From the IMG/VR virus record IMGVR_UViG_3300015202_000004, positions 129,980 to 193,979 of that record: a DNA stretch of 64,000 bases; one strand, written 5' to 3'. The notes beneath the pieces are model-generated. The model did no database searches and was not told the origin of the DNA. It was given only the letters and a program-made list of their open reading frames with translations. The DNA comes from a virus. The translations under genes were made by a program, and so were the position numbers. The stretch's first letter is position 1. Each line of letters begins with the position of its first letter. Shown here one piece after another: positions 1 through 9,360 of the stretch.

Positions 1-511
1 GCTTTTTCCACTTGATTTTGAAGCTAGTCGATTCGATGCCGCCGAACATTTGTGCATTAGAATGGATTTCGCAAAGGGCCGTCAACAGAAGAGAAGCTGC
101 CTCTTTTCGTTTCGCAAATTCTTCAATATCCTCACTTTTCAGTGTATGACAGTCCATGTCCATTCGGATAAGATTTGCAATAAGATTTGAGTCTTCTGAT
201 TCATCCGAACATTCTTTCCATCGAAGGTAAGAAGCTTCGGCATGGTTTGGAAAATGCTGCTTGCCTTCTTCATCAATTGTTCGACAGAACGGTTTACCAC
301 AATCATGGTAGATTTGGTAAATCTGGAGGATATTGAAAGGCAGAAGGTTAGCTTTGATTTTTGGGTCTTGAATCCAATCAGACAACCTCCATTCTTTTGA
401 GAGAGGTGCGTCGGGTTCGGTTAAATACCCATATAAGTCATCGAACCATTCAAACACGCTTTGCCCGTGTTGGAACATATTCATGTCTTCAAATTGAAAA
501 CACGTTAGCAT
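1..511 (-). CDS. HD-domain phosphohydrolase (runs off window start)
   Basis: Manual translation, absent from the ORF track: MLTCFQFEDMNMFQHGQSV...YQIYHDCGKPFCRTIDEEGKQHFPNHAE...MDMDCH, with an HD-GK motif. Confidence 0.7.
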   Translation of the reverse strand, partial: MLTCFQFEDMNMFQHGQSVFEWFDDLYGYLTEPDAPLSKEWRLSDWIQDPKIKANLLPFNILQIYQIYHDCGKPFCRTIDEEGKQHFPNHAEASYLRWKECSDESEDSNLIANLIRMDMDCHTLKSEDIEEFAKRKEAASLLLTALCEIHSNAQMFGGIESTSFKIKWKK

Positions 512-533
512 TGGTTCTCTAAGTTTTGTAAAA

Positions 534-848
534 TCAGCCTACAACATTATATTCTTCTTTCTTATATTTTCTTAAAAAGACATTTTCGCCGATAACATTT
601 GAATCTAGTGTATAAGCATTGCCAAATCCTGTAATCCAAAATTCTTCATCTTTAGAATTTTCTTCAATAGAAAATGGCATAATGCAAATTTCAAACATAT
701 CATTTTTTTGTAAAGTGGTAATTTCCCTTAAACTATCACAAGAAAAAGTTATTTTTTCAATTTGAATATCACCATTGTCTAACATAGAAACCTCTTTGCA
801 TAGCGCAACAGGTTTATGTTTTAAAAATAATACAATCTGATTATTCAC
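534..848 (-). CDS. hypothetical protein
   Basis: 104-aa ORF overlapping the upstream gene, same strand as neighbours. Confidence 0.55.
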   Translation of the reverse strand: MNNQIVLFLKHKPVALCKEVSMLDNGDIQIEKITFSCDSLREITTLQKNDMFEICIMPFSIEENSKDEEFWITGFGNAYTLDSNVIGENVFLRKYKKEEYNVVG

Positions 849-1194
849 ATTTATTCTCCCATTGTTGTTTTTCTTGCCATAGCATTTCGTATTGCTTTAA
901 ATGTTCGCGTTTCGAGCGACTTGTGAGATATTCGGTTGCAATAGCCGTTAGTCCTCTATCGTAATCAGGTTCAGCCCATGGCTCAACCTTGATGCCATTC
1001 ATAAGCAAGTGTTCCATTGCTTTGAAAAGTTCGGCTTTATTTTTCACCTGAAGATAAATCAAGTGATTTTGCGTCGGGGTTTCACCAAAGCGCTTACCTG
1101 CTTCTTGAGCGGCATGGCCTGCTTGCACGGCTTGATGAATTTCGGGCATATCAGTACGCACAATTACGTAACTGTAAATAGTTTCTTCTTTCAT
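841..1194 (-). CDS. peptidyl-tRNA hydrolase 2-like protein
   Basis: YVIVRTDM...QAVQAGHAA...EPD...LTAIAT motifs of the Pth2 fold; GAGG SD before ATG at 1194. Confidence 0.75.
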   Translation of the reverse strand: MKEETIYSYVIVRTDMPEIHQAVQAGHAAQEAGKRFGETPTQNHLIYLQVKNKAELFKAMEHLLMNGIKVEPWAEPDYDRGLTAIATEYLTSRSKREHLKQYEMLWQEKQQWENKCE

Positions 1195-1320
1195 TTCTTC
1201 CTCTTTTTGTTCATTAGTGCTTATGTGGGTAGGCAAAAAGAAGAAGTTTAAGGACCGCGATTCTAAGAACGCATTTGATTCACTTTCTTTTGATGTTTTC
1301 ATATTTTTTCATATTTAAAA

Positions 1321-1408
1321 TGGAGGAGAGTCAGGGATTCGAACCCTGGGTCCCTTGCAGGACTTTAGTTTTCAAGACTAACGCAATCGGCCACTCTGCC
1401 AACTCTCC
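1321..1408 (-). tRNA. tRNA-Ser(UGA)
   Basis: Cloverleaf GGAGAGT...TTAGT-CT-TGA-AA-ACTAA, long variable arm, TTCGAAT T-loop, encoded CCA. Confidence 0.95.
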
Positions 1409-1411
1409 AAA

Positions 1412-1600
1412 TTAGATTAAGACTTCAATACCAACGATATTACCGTCTTTATCTTTGTCAATATTACACATGTAAGAAGAACTTGTTTCTTTTACAAATT
1501 CACCTACGGGCAATTCTTTAATTCGGAAATAAAACGCCTCTACGTTAGAAGCGTCAATTTTTTCCCGAGTCATTGACACGACGACTTTTTCTGTATTCAC
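1412..1600 (-). CDS. small DUF2283-like protein
   Basis: C-terminal [15 protein letters not shown] motif. Confidence 0.5.
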   Translation of the reverse strand: MNTEKVVVSMTREKIDASNVEAFYFRIKELPVGEFVKETSSSYMCNIDKDKDGNIVGIEVLI

Positions 1601-1635
1601 AATATTATTATACTACTTTCTTCTATTCTTGTCAA

Positions 1636-1884
1636 CTAAAAACTATGGCGTTCTTTCAAGTCCATAATATCTAAATGATTACGAACGTTCTTAGGCGTCA
1701 TAATATTAGCGTGACCTTCAAAAGATTCTATGGTGATGCCAGTATCTTCAACAGCCGTTTGAATTTTGCTTATGATAGCTGCATACCAAGCGCCCGTGCG
1801 AGGAACCATTTTCATTGCTTGAATTAGGTTAGCGATTTCGTATTCATTCAACTCGATGTGTATTTCCATAGCACATCCCTCCAT
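1636..1884 (-). CDS. hypothetical protein
   Basis: ORF with GGAGG SD before an internal ATG. Confidence 0.55.
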   Translation of the reverse strand: MEGCAMEIHIELNEYEIANLIQAMKMVPRTGAWYAAIISKIQTAVEDTGITIESFEGHANIMTPKNVRNHLDIMDLKERHSF

Positions 1885-2152
1885 AGTTTAAAGTTGTAAC
1901 ACTATAAAGTAGATGTTTATGATATAAAAATATCACATTAACGTTTTACTTTCAAGTTCAAAAATATCGTGATTAATTTAAATATTACTAACGGAAAGAA
2001 CAAAATTGACAAAAGCAGATGCCAAACCACTCTTGGATGTGTAACTAAATTATATAAAGATTCATGAACCCTAATGTCACCACTTGACGATGTAGTCAAC
2101 TCAAGTGGACCAAATGCAAAACTTAAAAAAATCAAACAAATTAAAATCGCAA

Positions 2153-2677
2153 TCATTTCATAACCTTTACACAATCGCGAACTTCCATAAGAACTTCGCC
2201 GAGCCAATTTGTACCACGCCAGTTTGCCGGATTATTTACACGGGGGTCATTTACCGCTAATTTAACACCCCAAATAGCATCGTAAGGCGAAGCTTCAACA
2301 AGGTGCTTATCTCCCGTAGAGATAATGTATTTACGTAGTTTTTCATCAGATGTGAATTTTGATAAATTAACATTGAAAACAATATCTTTGGCAACATTGT
2401 TCCACGTTTCAACATCAAAGTTCTTTACAGTTTTACCCAAAGCTTTTTGCCCCGAAGGGTTCGATTCGCGCATGATTTTATCAAACGCTTCCTCGTCATT
2501 AAAGAATAAAGCTTTACCAGCCATCATTCCTTGTTCAGCACAATTTAGTGCCAATTGTTTTCCAAATAACTCAGCACTAAAATTACCAGTCTGATACCAC
2601 TGGGAAAACACGCCTCCGTAGAAGAAGACGTATTTTTCAGTGATTCTTTGGGAATCCAATATTAACCCTTCACGCAA
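2153..2677 (-). CDS. NADAR family protein (YbiA-like)
   Basis: FSQW...AEQGMMAGKA..F.D...KALGK.V...KF...LVEASPYDAIWG...G.NWLGEVLMEVR. Confidence 0.9.
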   Translation of the reverse strand: MREGLILDSQRITEKYVFFYGGVFSQWYQTGNFSAELFGKQLALNCAEQGMMAGKALFFNDEEAFDKIMRESNPSGQKALGKTVKNFDVETWNNVAKDIVFNVNLSKFTSDEKLRKYIISTGDKHLVEASPYDAIWGVKLAVNDPRVNNPANWRGTNWLGEVLMEVRDCVKVMK

Positions 2678-4788
2678 AGAACTTGTTTGATTTGATGCAC
2701 CACTTCAACTAAATCAGATTGAGCCGCCATGACAGCATCAATGTCTTTATAAGCTTGTGGGATTTCGTCTATCACCCCAATATCTTTTCTGCACTCAACA
2801 CCCTTGGTTGCAGCGATTTGGTCTTCAACCGTGAACTGTTTCTTTGCTTGTGTACGCGACATTACTCGTCCTGCCCCGTGGGAACAAGACATGTAAGATT
2901 CAGCGTTTCCAAGACCGCGAACAATGTACGATTTAGTACCCATCGAACCAGGGATAATTCCCATTTCCCCTCGGCCAGCGCGAACCGCACCCTTACGGCT
3001 TACATACATTTCTTCACCGAAGTGAATTTCTGTAGTAACGTAGTTGTGGTGACAGTTGATGACTTCGGTGTCAATGGTGAACGTTGGAAGCTTAAGGCGG
3101 TCCTCACGCATTACTGAAAGCAAACGCTTAAGCATGACTTCACGGTTTGTGGCCGCATAATCTTGTGCCCAAGTCATTGCCTTGACGTAATCCTCGAACG
3201 AATCCGTACCTTCCGATAAGAACGCAAGGTCCTTATCCGGCAAAACTTCGCCACGCTTTTCAAGTTCCGCTTTCGCTTCGTTGATAAAGTATGAACCGAT
3301 TTTGTTACCGATTCCACGCGAACCCGAGTGCAGCATTAACCATACGCGATTTTCTCTGTCGAGACAGAGTTCGATGAAGTGGTTGCCGCCACCAAGGGTA
3401 GCAAGCTGATTGACCGGGTGCTTGTCGTTGACGATTTTTGGATATTTCTCGTCTAACCATTTGAACCCAGCATCAAGGTGCTTCCAGCCTGTTTCAACAA
3501 CAGACGGGACACGAGTATGCATGTTGAATCCAACTGGAACCGTGCGCTCAAAAGCTTCACGGAGAGGTTTTAAATCAGATGGCAAATCTTCGGCCTTCAA
3601 AGAAGTACGAACTGCCGCCATGCCACAATTACCTGTCATAGCAATGTTCCCACCTCGTCGCATTACCCAGTATCCAGATGGCAAAGTAAAACAATAAGCC
3701 CTACCGTCAATCGGAACTACTTCTGTTATTTCTGACTTTGGCACACCAGCCATACCCACCATGGTATTATTATGAGCAAAAACACGATAATCAATGGCAC
3801 CACTGTAATGTTCATCTTGCCGTAAAACCGCTCTATATCCAGATGCAGTAAAAGCATAATGAGCAAAATCAGCAGCTTCTTTAATCCGCGTAAAAAATAC
3901 ACGGTCTTTTATATTCCCGTCCCAATGAAAACATTCATCAGTGAAAATTTTTAATTGCGCTAAAGAAGCTTTCCAAAGCCATTCATATGTTTTTGTAACT
4001 TTTGGCGGTAGAAATCTGAAAGATACATCTTCGCCATAAATTTTTTCTGTATACTTAATTTTTGCGGCATCTAAAAGTTCTTTTGCTTTTTTTGATTTAC
4101 GGGCTTTACGTACCTTTACAACAGCATGATTTTGATGGTCAATATGACCATCTGCTAAAACCATTACCATAACACGCAAATTATCATCTGAGATTTCAAT
4201 TGAATTTGATAAAACTGGTGTAAAAGTAGTCATAAATTCAGCTTTATAACCTTGAACTAAATAGTCATGTGTCCTTTTAAATTGTTCAGCAGTTATAACT
4301 TTTTGAACACGAATCCGGTCGCGGCCAGAAATTTCCCAACACAAAATTGTATGGTCTGGCGATAAAACTTGGTTAATACCATGCTTAGTTTTAAAAGAAT
4401 ATAGTTTATCGTATTCTTTTTTAATATATTCTTTTGGTTTAACAAACTCACCTTGGCCTGTACTCGGGTCATATTGCATAACTGAATCACCGTCTTGATA
4501 TTCTGAAATAAATTTCCATCCATCTTCAGATAAAAATTCTGTTTCCGCATCAACGCAACCGATATCAACGCCAACGATGCTCGGAATTATAACATTCTTG
4601 GTTGCAATTACACTACCAACAGTTGAACCAATTCCGGCGTGTACGTCGGGCATGATTGCTACACCGTGGACGAATGGAAGCAACGCAACGTTTAAAACTT
4701 GCTTACGGGCAGATTCTTCGAAGACTACGCCTTCGACCCAAGCCTTAACAGGCTTACGCCCTGGCCCTTCAATTAATTCATAATTCAT
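2662..4788 (-). CDS. rtcB: RtcB RNA 3'-phosphate/5'-OH ligase, intein-interrupted
   Basis: MPDVHAG, GVDIG/CGM, LGGGNHFIE, HSGSRG, HHNY, RKGA, PGSMG, SHGAGR, DE.P.AYK motifs. Confidence 0.95.
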   Translation of the reverse strand: MNYELIEGPGRKPVKAWVEGVVFEESARKQVLNVALLPFVHGVAIMPDVHAGIGSTVGSVIATKNVIIPSIVGVDIGCVDAETEFLSEDGWKFISEYQDGDSVMQYDPSTGQGEFVKPKEYIKKEYDKLYSFKTKHGINQVLSPDHTILCWEISGRDRIRVQKVITAEQFKRTHDYLVQGYKAEFMTTFTPVLSNSIEISDDNLRVMVMVLADGHIDHQNHAVVKVRKARKSKKAKELLDAAKIKYTEKIYGEDVSFRFLPPKVTKTYEWLWKASLAQLKIFTDECFHWDGNIKDRVFFTRIKEAADFAHYAFTASGYRAVLRQDEHYSGAIDYRVFAHNNTMVGMAGVPKSEITEVVPIDGRAYCFTLPSGYWVMRRGGNIAMTGNCGMAAVRTSLKAEDLPSDLKPLREAFERTVPVGFNMHTRVPSVVETGWKHLDAGFKWLDEKYPKIVNDKHPVNQLATLGGGNHFIELCLDRENRVWLMLHSGSRGIGNKIGSYFINEAKAELEKRGEVLPDKDLAFLSEGTDSFEDYVKAMTWAQDYAATNREVMLKRLLSVMREDRLKLPTFTIDTEVINCHHNYVTTEIHFGEEMYVSRKGAVRAGRGEMGIIPGSMGTKSYIVRGLGNAESYMSCSHGAGRVMSRTQAKKQFTVEDQIAATKGVECRKDIGVIDEIPQAYKDIDAVMAAQSDLVEVVHQIKQVLCVKG
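3628..4557 (-). mobile_element. intein (310 aa) with LAGLIDADG-like endonuclease region
   Basis: Begins CVDAETEFLS, ends ...AMTGN followed by C+1; splits the conserved GVDIGCGM motif; internal VLADG; visibly more AT-rich than the exteins. Confidence 0.9.
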
Positions 4789-4842
4789 AACTTCCTCATT
4801 CTATCACTTTGCCAAACGGTTGTCAATACCTTCGGTAAAAAA

Positions 4843-5178
4843 TCACGCTTCTTTTAGTGTCTGTCTCTTGAGAAGCGCGGCCTTCGGTAATTCCTTGCTG
4901 TTCATTTCGCCGTCCTCATAAACAATTTCATGACCAATCAAACCTTCAATGACTTTAATCATGGAAATATTATCTAAAGCTCCCACCGTTTCGTCGTCCC
5001 ATTCATTATCCAAGTCAAGCCCTTGGTCATACTTTTCTTTTAATAAAGCAATTGCTTCTTCTTTGCTAGAAGCTAATACTTCATAAGTATATGCAAAACA
5101 AGTACTATACCATTCATCAAAAGTTTGATAATCTTTAGTAGGGCTGGCAAGATATCTAGGTGGTCTTTTTTCAGCCAT
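4843..5178 (-). CDS. hypothetical protein
   Basis: 111-aa ORF translationally coupled to the upstream gene. Confidence 0.55.
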   Translation of the reverse strand: MAEKRPPRYLASPTKDYQTFDEWYSTCFAYTYEVLASSKEEAIALLKEKYDQGLDLDNEWDDETVGALDNISMIKVIEGLIGHEIVYEDGEMNSKELPKAALLKRQTLKEA

Positions 5179-5621
5179 TATATTTTTATTTCTATGCCGT
5201 AATCGGCAAGATTTCTGTGCATGAAAACGATTGCATGATTAAAATTATTGCCGATACCACGGGCATCAGAATTCGTGAACGGCACCTTCATTGAAAATTC
5301 CCATTTACCACTCTTCAGAAGCAAGACGTTGATGTATTGCTTAAGGGTACTTAGCTTCTTAAGGATGCGCTCAAAAGATTCATAGAAGTAATCGTTTGGT
5401 GCTTCTACCACAGGTTCGTGGTAAAGCTTCTGGTACATTTTCTTGAAAGCAAGAAAAACAGACGGGCCACTTGACTCTAGAACTTCGTTATTTGTCAAAA
5501 CAAAGACCTTGAAAACGTTATCTTCGAAAATCAAAGTAACATTCTCTTCTCGGTCTACGCCCTCTCGGGTTATAAGTGTTTTGACTAAATCTTCTAAAGT
5601 CAAATGGGTTAAGCTCTTCAC
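5178..5621 (-). CDS. hypothetical protein
   Basis: 147-aa ORF coupled to the Nudix gene. Confidence 0.55.
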   Translation of the reverse strand: MKSLTHLTLEDLVKTLITREGVDREENVTLIFEDNVFKVFVLTNNEVLESSGPSVFLAFKKMYQKLYHEPVVEAPNDYFYESFERILKKLSTLKQYINVLLLKSGKWEFSMKVPFTNSDARGIGNNFNHAIVFMHRNLADYGIEIKI

Positions 5622-6052
5622 TTTGCTTTCTCGGCTACTGCCTTTTTTACTGCTTTTTTGATTGTTTTCAGAAAACCTTCATCAACTTCGTACAAGGGTT
5701 CTGGCAAGGATTCAATATCAAACCATACCCATCCTTCACACTTATGGGGTTCTGTGTTAACGGCTTTCTGTTTACCTTTAACTTTCCCAATATAAAAGAA
5801 AGTAAGATATTGATTGCTCTTGCCTACTTCCTCTGTGAAACCGATATATGACGTTTTTCCAATGTTTAAATCTGTTTCTTCCTTTGTTTCTCGCACGGCT
5901 GTATCCGCGATAAGCTCACCAAATTCATGGTGACCACCAGGAAATTGCCACATACCGTTACCGTGCTTGGCAATTCTTTTGCCCATTAAAACTTGGTTCT
6001 TCTTGTTTATGGCTACACAAGCTACGCCAATTTTAATTTTTCCATTTGCCAT
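5618..6052 (-). CDS. Nudix hydrolase
   Basis: Nudix box GGHHEFGELIADTAVRETKEETDL; EPHKCEGWVWF. Confidence 0.9.
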   Translation of the reverse strand: MANGKIKIGVACVAINKKNQVLMGKRIAKHGNGMWQFPGGHHEFGELIADTAVRETKEETDLNIGKTSYIGFTEEVGKSNQYLTFFYIGKVKGKQKAVNTEPHKCEGWVWFDIESLPEPLYEVDEGFLKTIKKAVKKAVAEKAK

Positions 6053-6266
6053 TAGTGCCTCAGAAGATGAAAAATGCTGTAATAATTATGATGGTAGTAG
6101 TGATGAAATTATAATGATGGTATTAAGAGCTTGAATATAATGGTCGCGACGGCATTCGACAACCAACGAGTATGGTGACCAAAAAATAAGTAAATATACT
6201 TCATGGAACTATGGTATCACATAAGTAATAAAAAAGCAAGAAACCCTTATCGGGCTTCTTTAAAAT

Positions 6267-6354
6267 TGGAGGAAAGCAGAGTAATTGAAACCCACTCCTT
6301 GCAGAGCCAACGATATTCGAAGCCGTGCTGGTACGCCTGTCCAGTTTACTTTCC
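6267..6354 (-). tRNA. tRNA-Ser(CGA), atypical
   Basis: GGAAAGT/GCTTTCC acceptor, TT-CGA-AT loop, long variable arm, TTCAATT T-loop, CCA; mismatches in anticodon and T stems. Confidence 0.8.
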
Positions 6355-6400
6355 ATAAGAATTTTAATTTAAAATGGAGGACTTATAACATTTGAAATAT

Positions 6401-6490
6401 TGGAGGAAGAGGAGCGAGTCGAACGCTCAAGGGCTTTAACACCTCGACAATTTTCTAGATTGCTACCGTCGCCAATCGGCTTGCTCTTCC
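6401..6490 (-). tRNA. tRNA-Ser(AGA)
   Basis: GGAAGAG/CTCTTCC acceptor, GCAAT-CT-AGA-AA-ATTGT, long variable arm, TTCGACT T-loop, CCA. Confidence 0.9.
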
Positions 6491-6779
6491 ATGCTCTATT
6501 TAGTATACCACAAAAACCTCAGAAGTCAAGACCTAAGAATGTTCAACAATTAAATTGGGGGAAATAAATTGAACGAAGTCTATATCTTCAGGCTTTTTTC
6601 CTTCCAAACTTTGAAGGAGCTTGTCGAAATAGGTTTCAGGGTCCTTAAAGATGTAGGTATAGAAAATGCTATCAGTATTTTCTAATGACTTCTTAATACC
6701 TGAATTGTCAAATTCCATATACCAATGACCGTTACTATGAGTTAGCGTTGCGATTGGGTAAGAATTTCCACAGGATAAA

Positions 6780-7814
6780 TCAGGTAGATACTTTATTTGA
6801 TACTTCATTAATCCAAGCCTTATCGTGGGTAATTTTTGTGTCGTAAATGCTAAATTCAATGATGGTCTTATCAACTTCAAATCCTAACTCTTGAATATCC
6901 ATTTTTAGAAATTCAACAACGTTTTCAAAATCTTCTTTATAAGCATCGTATGAACGCAATGTCATCATTATTATATAACGTTTTTTATCAATTCTTTTAA
7001 ACATATTACGGGAAAGATGGGCATCGTATCTAGTAGCTAAATCCTTTAACAATTCAATACTTGGTGGAACTCCATAAGGAATAAAGGCTGCGCCACTTCG
7101 GCAAAGACGTTCCCATTGTAACGATTCTTCAAGCGTCATAGGTTCTTCTACAACAACTGCCAAATGGCTTTCAAAATAACAATCTTTTGGCATTGTTTCT
7201 GGTCCAAATTGACTAGATGGCGCTGCCGGATGCCAAGGCACTGTTTCAATCTTACTTCTAACTACTGAAATTCCCGCTTCAGTCAAAGCCCTGTTTACAC
7301 GCTCTACTTCAGCATATGCTTTCTGATTGTTACCAAATAAAACAGACGAAGTTTGCACATCCTCTAGTAAAACGTTCCCCGCTCTACTTTGAAGGTCCAA
7401 GATAATTGGTTTTACTCCAATTTCATTACAAACTTTTTTGAAATGCTCACATTCAACATTTTCAACAGTAATGTGAATCTCATAAGGGATGTTATCATGG
7501 TTTTTAATAGCGTCTTCTTTAACTTGAAGAGAACGCCACTTAGCAGACTTTTTGACTATCATTGATTCAATTTCGTCAGTTGTAAATCCAACGTCATATG
7601 CACAACTTATAGCACACAAAATTGTATCAACCGCTTCGTTAAGAACTGATTCTCTTTCAACGAATTGATGAATTGCACCTGGCTGATTCGTATAAGCTAA
7701 AACAACCTTGGCTAAATCTCCTGCTTCGTTTGAAGTCTTTAAAGCCTTACCTGTTAGGTCTTTTTTGTCTTCGCTCGAAAGAAATTTTATGTAGTCAAAG
7801 ATTTTTTTATTCAT
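6780..7814 (-). CDS. MazG-like NTP pyrophosphohydrolase domain fused to an unknown C-terminal domain
   Basis: N-terminal KTSNEAGDLAK...NEAVDTI...KKSAKW all-alpha NTP-PPase pattern; C-terminal YEIHITV / YFESHLAV repeats. Confidence 0.55.
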   Translation of the reverse strand: MNKKIFDYIKFLSSEDKKDLTGKALKTSNEAGDLAKVVLAYTNQPGAIHQFVERESVLNEAVDTILCAISCAYDVGFTTDEIESMIVKKSAKWRSLQVKEDAIKNHDNIPYEIHITVENVECEHFKKVCNEIGVKPIILDLQSRAGNVLLEDVQTSSVLFGNNQKAYAEVERVNRALTEAGISVVRSKIETVPWHPAAPSSQFGPETMPKDCYFESHLAVVVEEPMTLEESLQWERLCRSGAAFIPYGVPPSIELLKDLATRYDAHLSRNMFKRIDKKRYIIMMTLRSYDAYKEDFENVVEFLKMDIQELGFEVDKTIIEFSIYDTKITHDKAWINEVSNKVST

Positions 7815-7985
7815 TTAGCTTCCTTGTCTGTTTTTAATTTAGCACGGTCAGATACAATTTTTTCTTCGCAAGCTTTAATGATGAATTCTTCAATAGTCTC
7901 GCGAGTTTTTAAACACGCTTCAAGAATTAAAAGATAAAGTTTACGGTCAATTTCAAGTTGAATAGTTACGTATTTTTTATTTATA

Positions 7986-8267
7986 TTAAACTCGCACGTA
8001 TTCGATGATTTTTACTTCTTTAGGTGCCACTTCAAAACATTGAACATTGCCAACTTCATATTCAAAAGGTCTTTCACCTATCGCATCGCCTGTATTTTTA
8101 CGATAGTCAACCTGATAATATTTATTATCGGGACTTCTAAAAACCATTGTATAAATGTTGGCCCAACGTGTGGAGCCCGTTTCCTTTTCTTCCACCTTGA
8201 TATAATCTTCATTCTCATCCCAAACTATTTCTCTTAATACTCCGGGTGACAATTTAATGGTTGCCAT
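7986..8267 (-). CDS. hypothetical phage protein
   Basis: 93-aa ORF; TRW...VF...YYQVDY...EV.PKEV pattern common in small phage proteins. Confidence 0.6.
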   Translation of the reverse strand: MATIKLSPGVLREIVWDENEDYIKVEEKETGSTRWANIYTMVFRSPDNKYYQVDYRKNTGDAIGERPFEYEVGNVQCFEVAPKEVKIIEYVRV

Positions 8268-8300
8268 CTTTATTCTCTTTTTCTAGAAGGTTAAAAATTT

Positions 8301-8388
8301 TGGTGAGACGAGTGGGACTCGCACCCACGTTGAGGAATTACCCTGTCGGTTTAAAAAACCGCTGCACTCGCTACTTAGCTACCGTCTC
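8301..8388 (-). tRNA. tRNA with Lys(UUU) anticodon and a long variable arm
   Basis: GAGACGG/TCGTCTC-ACCA; CGGT-TT-TTT-AA-ACCG; 17-nt variable region; TGCGAGT T-loop. Confidence 0.75.
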
Positions 8389-8393
8389 ATATT

Positions 8394-8468
8394 TGGTGCG
8401 CCCGGTGGGACTTAAACCCACAACCAATCCGTTAAAAGCGGATTGCTCTATCATTGAGCTACAGGCAC
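8394..8468 (-). tRNA. tRNA-Lys(UUU)
   Basis: GTGCCTG...ATCCG-CT-TTT-AA-CGGAT...TTTAAGT T-loop...ACCA. Confidence 0.9.
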
Positions 8469-8469
8469 A

Positions 8470-8544
8470 TGGTGGATTAGGTGGGTACTGCCCCCACATA
8501 GACTTGCTTAAGAGGCAAGCACATTACTTGTCTGCCACTAATCC
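8470..8544 (-). tRNA. tRNA-Lys(CUU)
   Basis: GGATTAG/CTAATCC-ACCA; CTTGC-CT-CTT-AA-GCAAG; non-canonical GGCAGTA T-loop. Confidence 0.85.
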
Positions 8545-8549
8545 AGAAT

Positions 8550-8921
8550 TTAAAATGTTCCCCAGAATTTTTTACCTGGCAGTTCTTCAGACCAAGCGCT
8601 GTCGAAATAGCAGTTGTCAGATGCCGTTTCAAATAAAGGTGCGATTTCTTCTTTTGTGAATCCTGCTAATCCACAACCAATTTGTGTCACTTGGAATTCT
8701 AATTCAGGATTTAATTTAGCGTAAATAACAAAATCATCTACGTATCGTTTTACATCTTCAACTTCAAGAGAATAAAGTTCCTCGTCTTTTGTAGGAATAG
8801 CATAGCTATTACCATAATGACCGATGCCTTTTCCCAAGATAGCGCCATGTTTTTCACGAGCAACTTTAGCTGCACCCGCACCGTGAACTCCTCGTTTATT
8901 ACTTCCAAAGACAAAAATCAT
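8550..8921 (-). CDS. A1S_2505-like (macrodomain-related) phage protein
   Basis: IFVFGSN..G.HGAGAA...SYAIPT...F.VT.IGCGLAG. Confidence 0.75.
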   Translation of the reverse strand: MIFVFGSNKRGVHGAGAAKVAREKHGAILGKGIGHYGNSYAIPTKDEELYSLEVEDVKRYVDDFVIYAKLNPELEFQVTQIGCGLAGFTKEEIAPLFETASDNCYFDSAWSEELPGKKFWGTF

Positions 8922-9277
8922 TTTGAATAATACTCGTTGCTTTCTTTAATCATTTTAGCTAGCGTCTCGTCGTCAATCATGCCTTCAAAATAATGTTTAA
9001 TTTTATCTTCAGACATTGGTTCTACTTTTGGAAAGTCAGGTTCATTGTCGCCATAAATCCAAATTATTTCACAACCATGACCATCGGATTTTTTGCGTAA
9101 CTTCAACCAATTTTGGATTGGCTGGTCAGTTTTAATGCCCCAGGAAATTTGCCATAAACCGATTGATTCAAAAATTTCAGAAAAAGTATTGCGCCAACCA
9201 AAAGTGCATGGCATCCATGTTTGACAAAAGCAATGGCATTTATTGAAATGTTGTAAGATTTTTTGAAAGTCATTCAT
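8918..9277 (-). CDS. hypothetical protein
   Basis: 119-aa ORF with ATGA-type overlap to the next gene. Confidence 0.5.
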   Translation of the reverse strand: MNDFQKILQHFNKCHCFCQTWMPCTFGWRNTFSEIFESIGLWQISWGIKTDQPIQNWLKLRKKSDGHGCEIIWIYGDNEPDFPKVEPMSEDKIKHYFEGMIDDETLAKMIKESNEYYSK

Positions 9278-9286
9278 AATTTTTAA

Positions 9287-9353
9287 TGCTAGGTATGGGA
9301 TTCGAACCGCATATCTTGTGGCCTTAGCTGTTTTACCGTTAAACTAACCGGGC
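9287..9353 (-). pseudogene. tRNA-like element lacking a normal anticodon arm
   Basis: D-arm GTTT-AACGGTA-AAAC and T-loop TTCGAAT present; acceptor stem has two mismatches; anticodon arm truncated. Confidence 0.6.
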
Positions 9354-9360
9354 ATATTTG

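Noticed and set aside
539-547. In-frame ATG-TTG-TAG upstream of the HD gene, suggesting TAG recoding
   Set aside because: A single case; long genes are intact in code 11, other genes end in TAG, and no suppressor tRNA is seen
6371-6385. TGGAGGA tRNA 3'-end-like remnant between the Ser tRNAs
   Set aside because: Only 7 nt, with no cloverleaf
7811-7984. Small RHH-like ORF with an apparent ATA start
   Set aside because: No canonical start codon; cannot tell a real gene from a sequence error
8261-8659. ORFs overlapping tRNAs and ncRNAs (also 13761-13994 and 49573-49788) and many antisense ORFs in the track
   Set aside because: Shadows of RNA genes or of better-supported opposite-strand genes; no motifs or RBS
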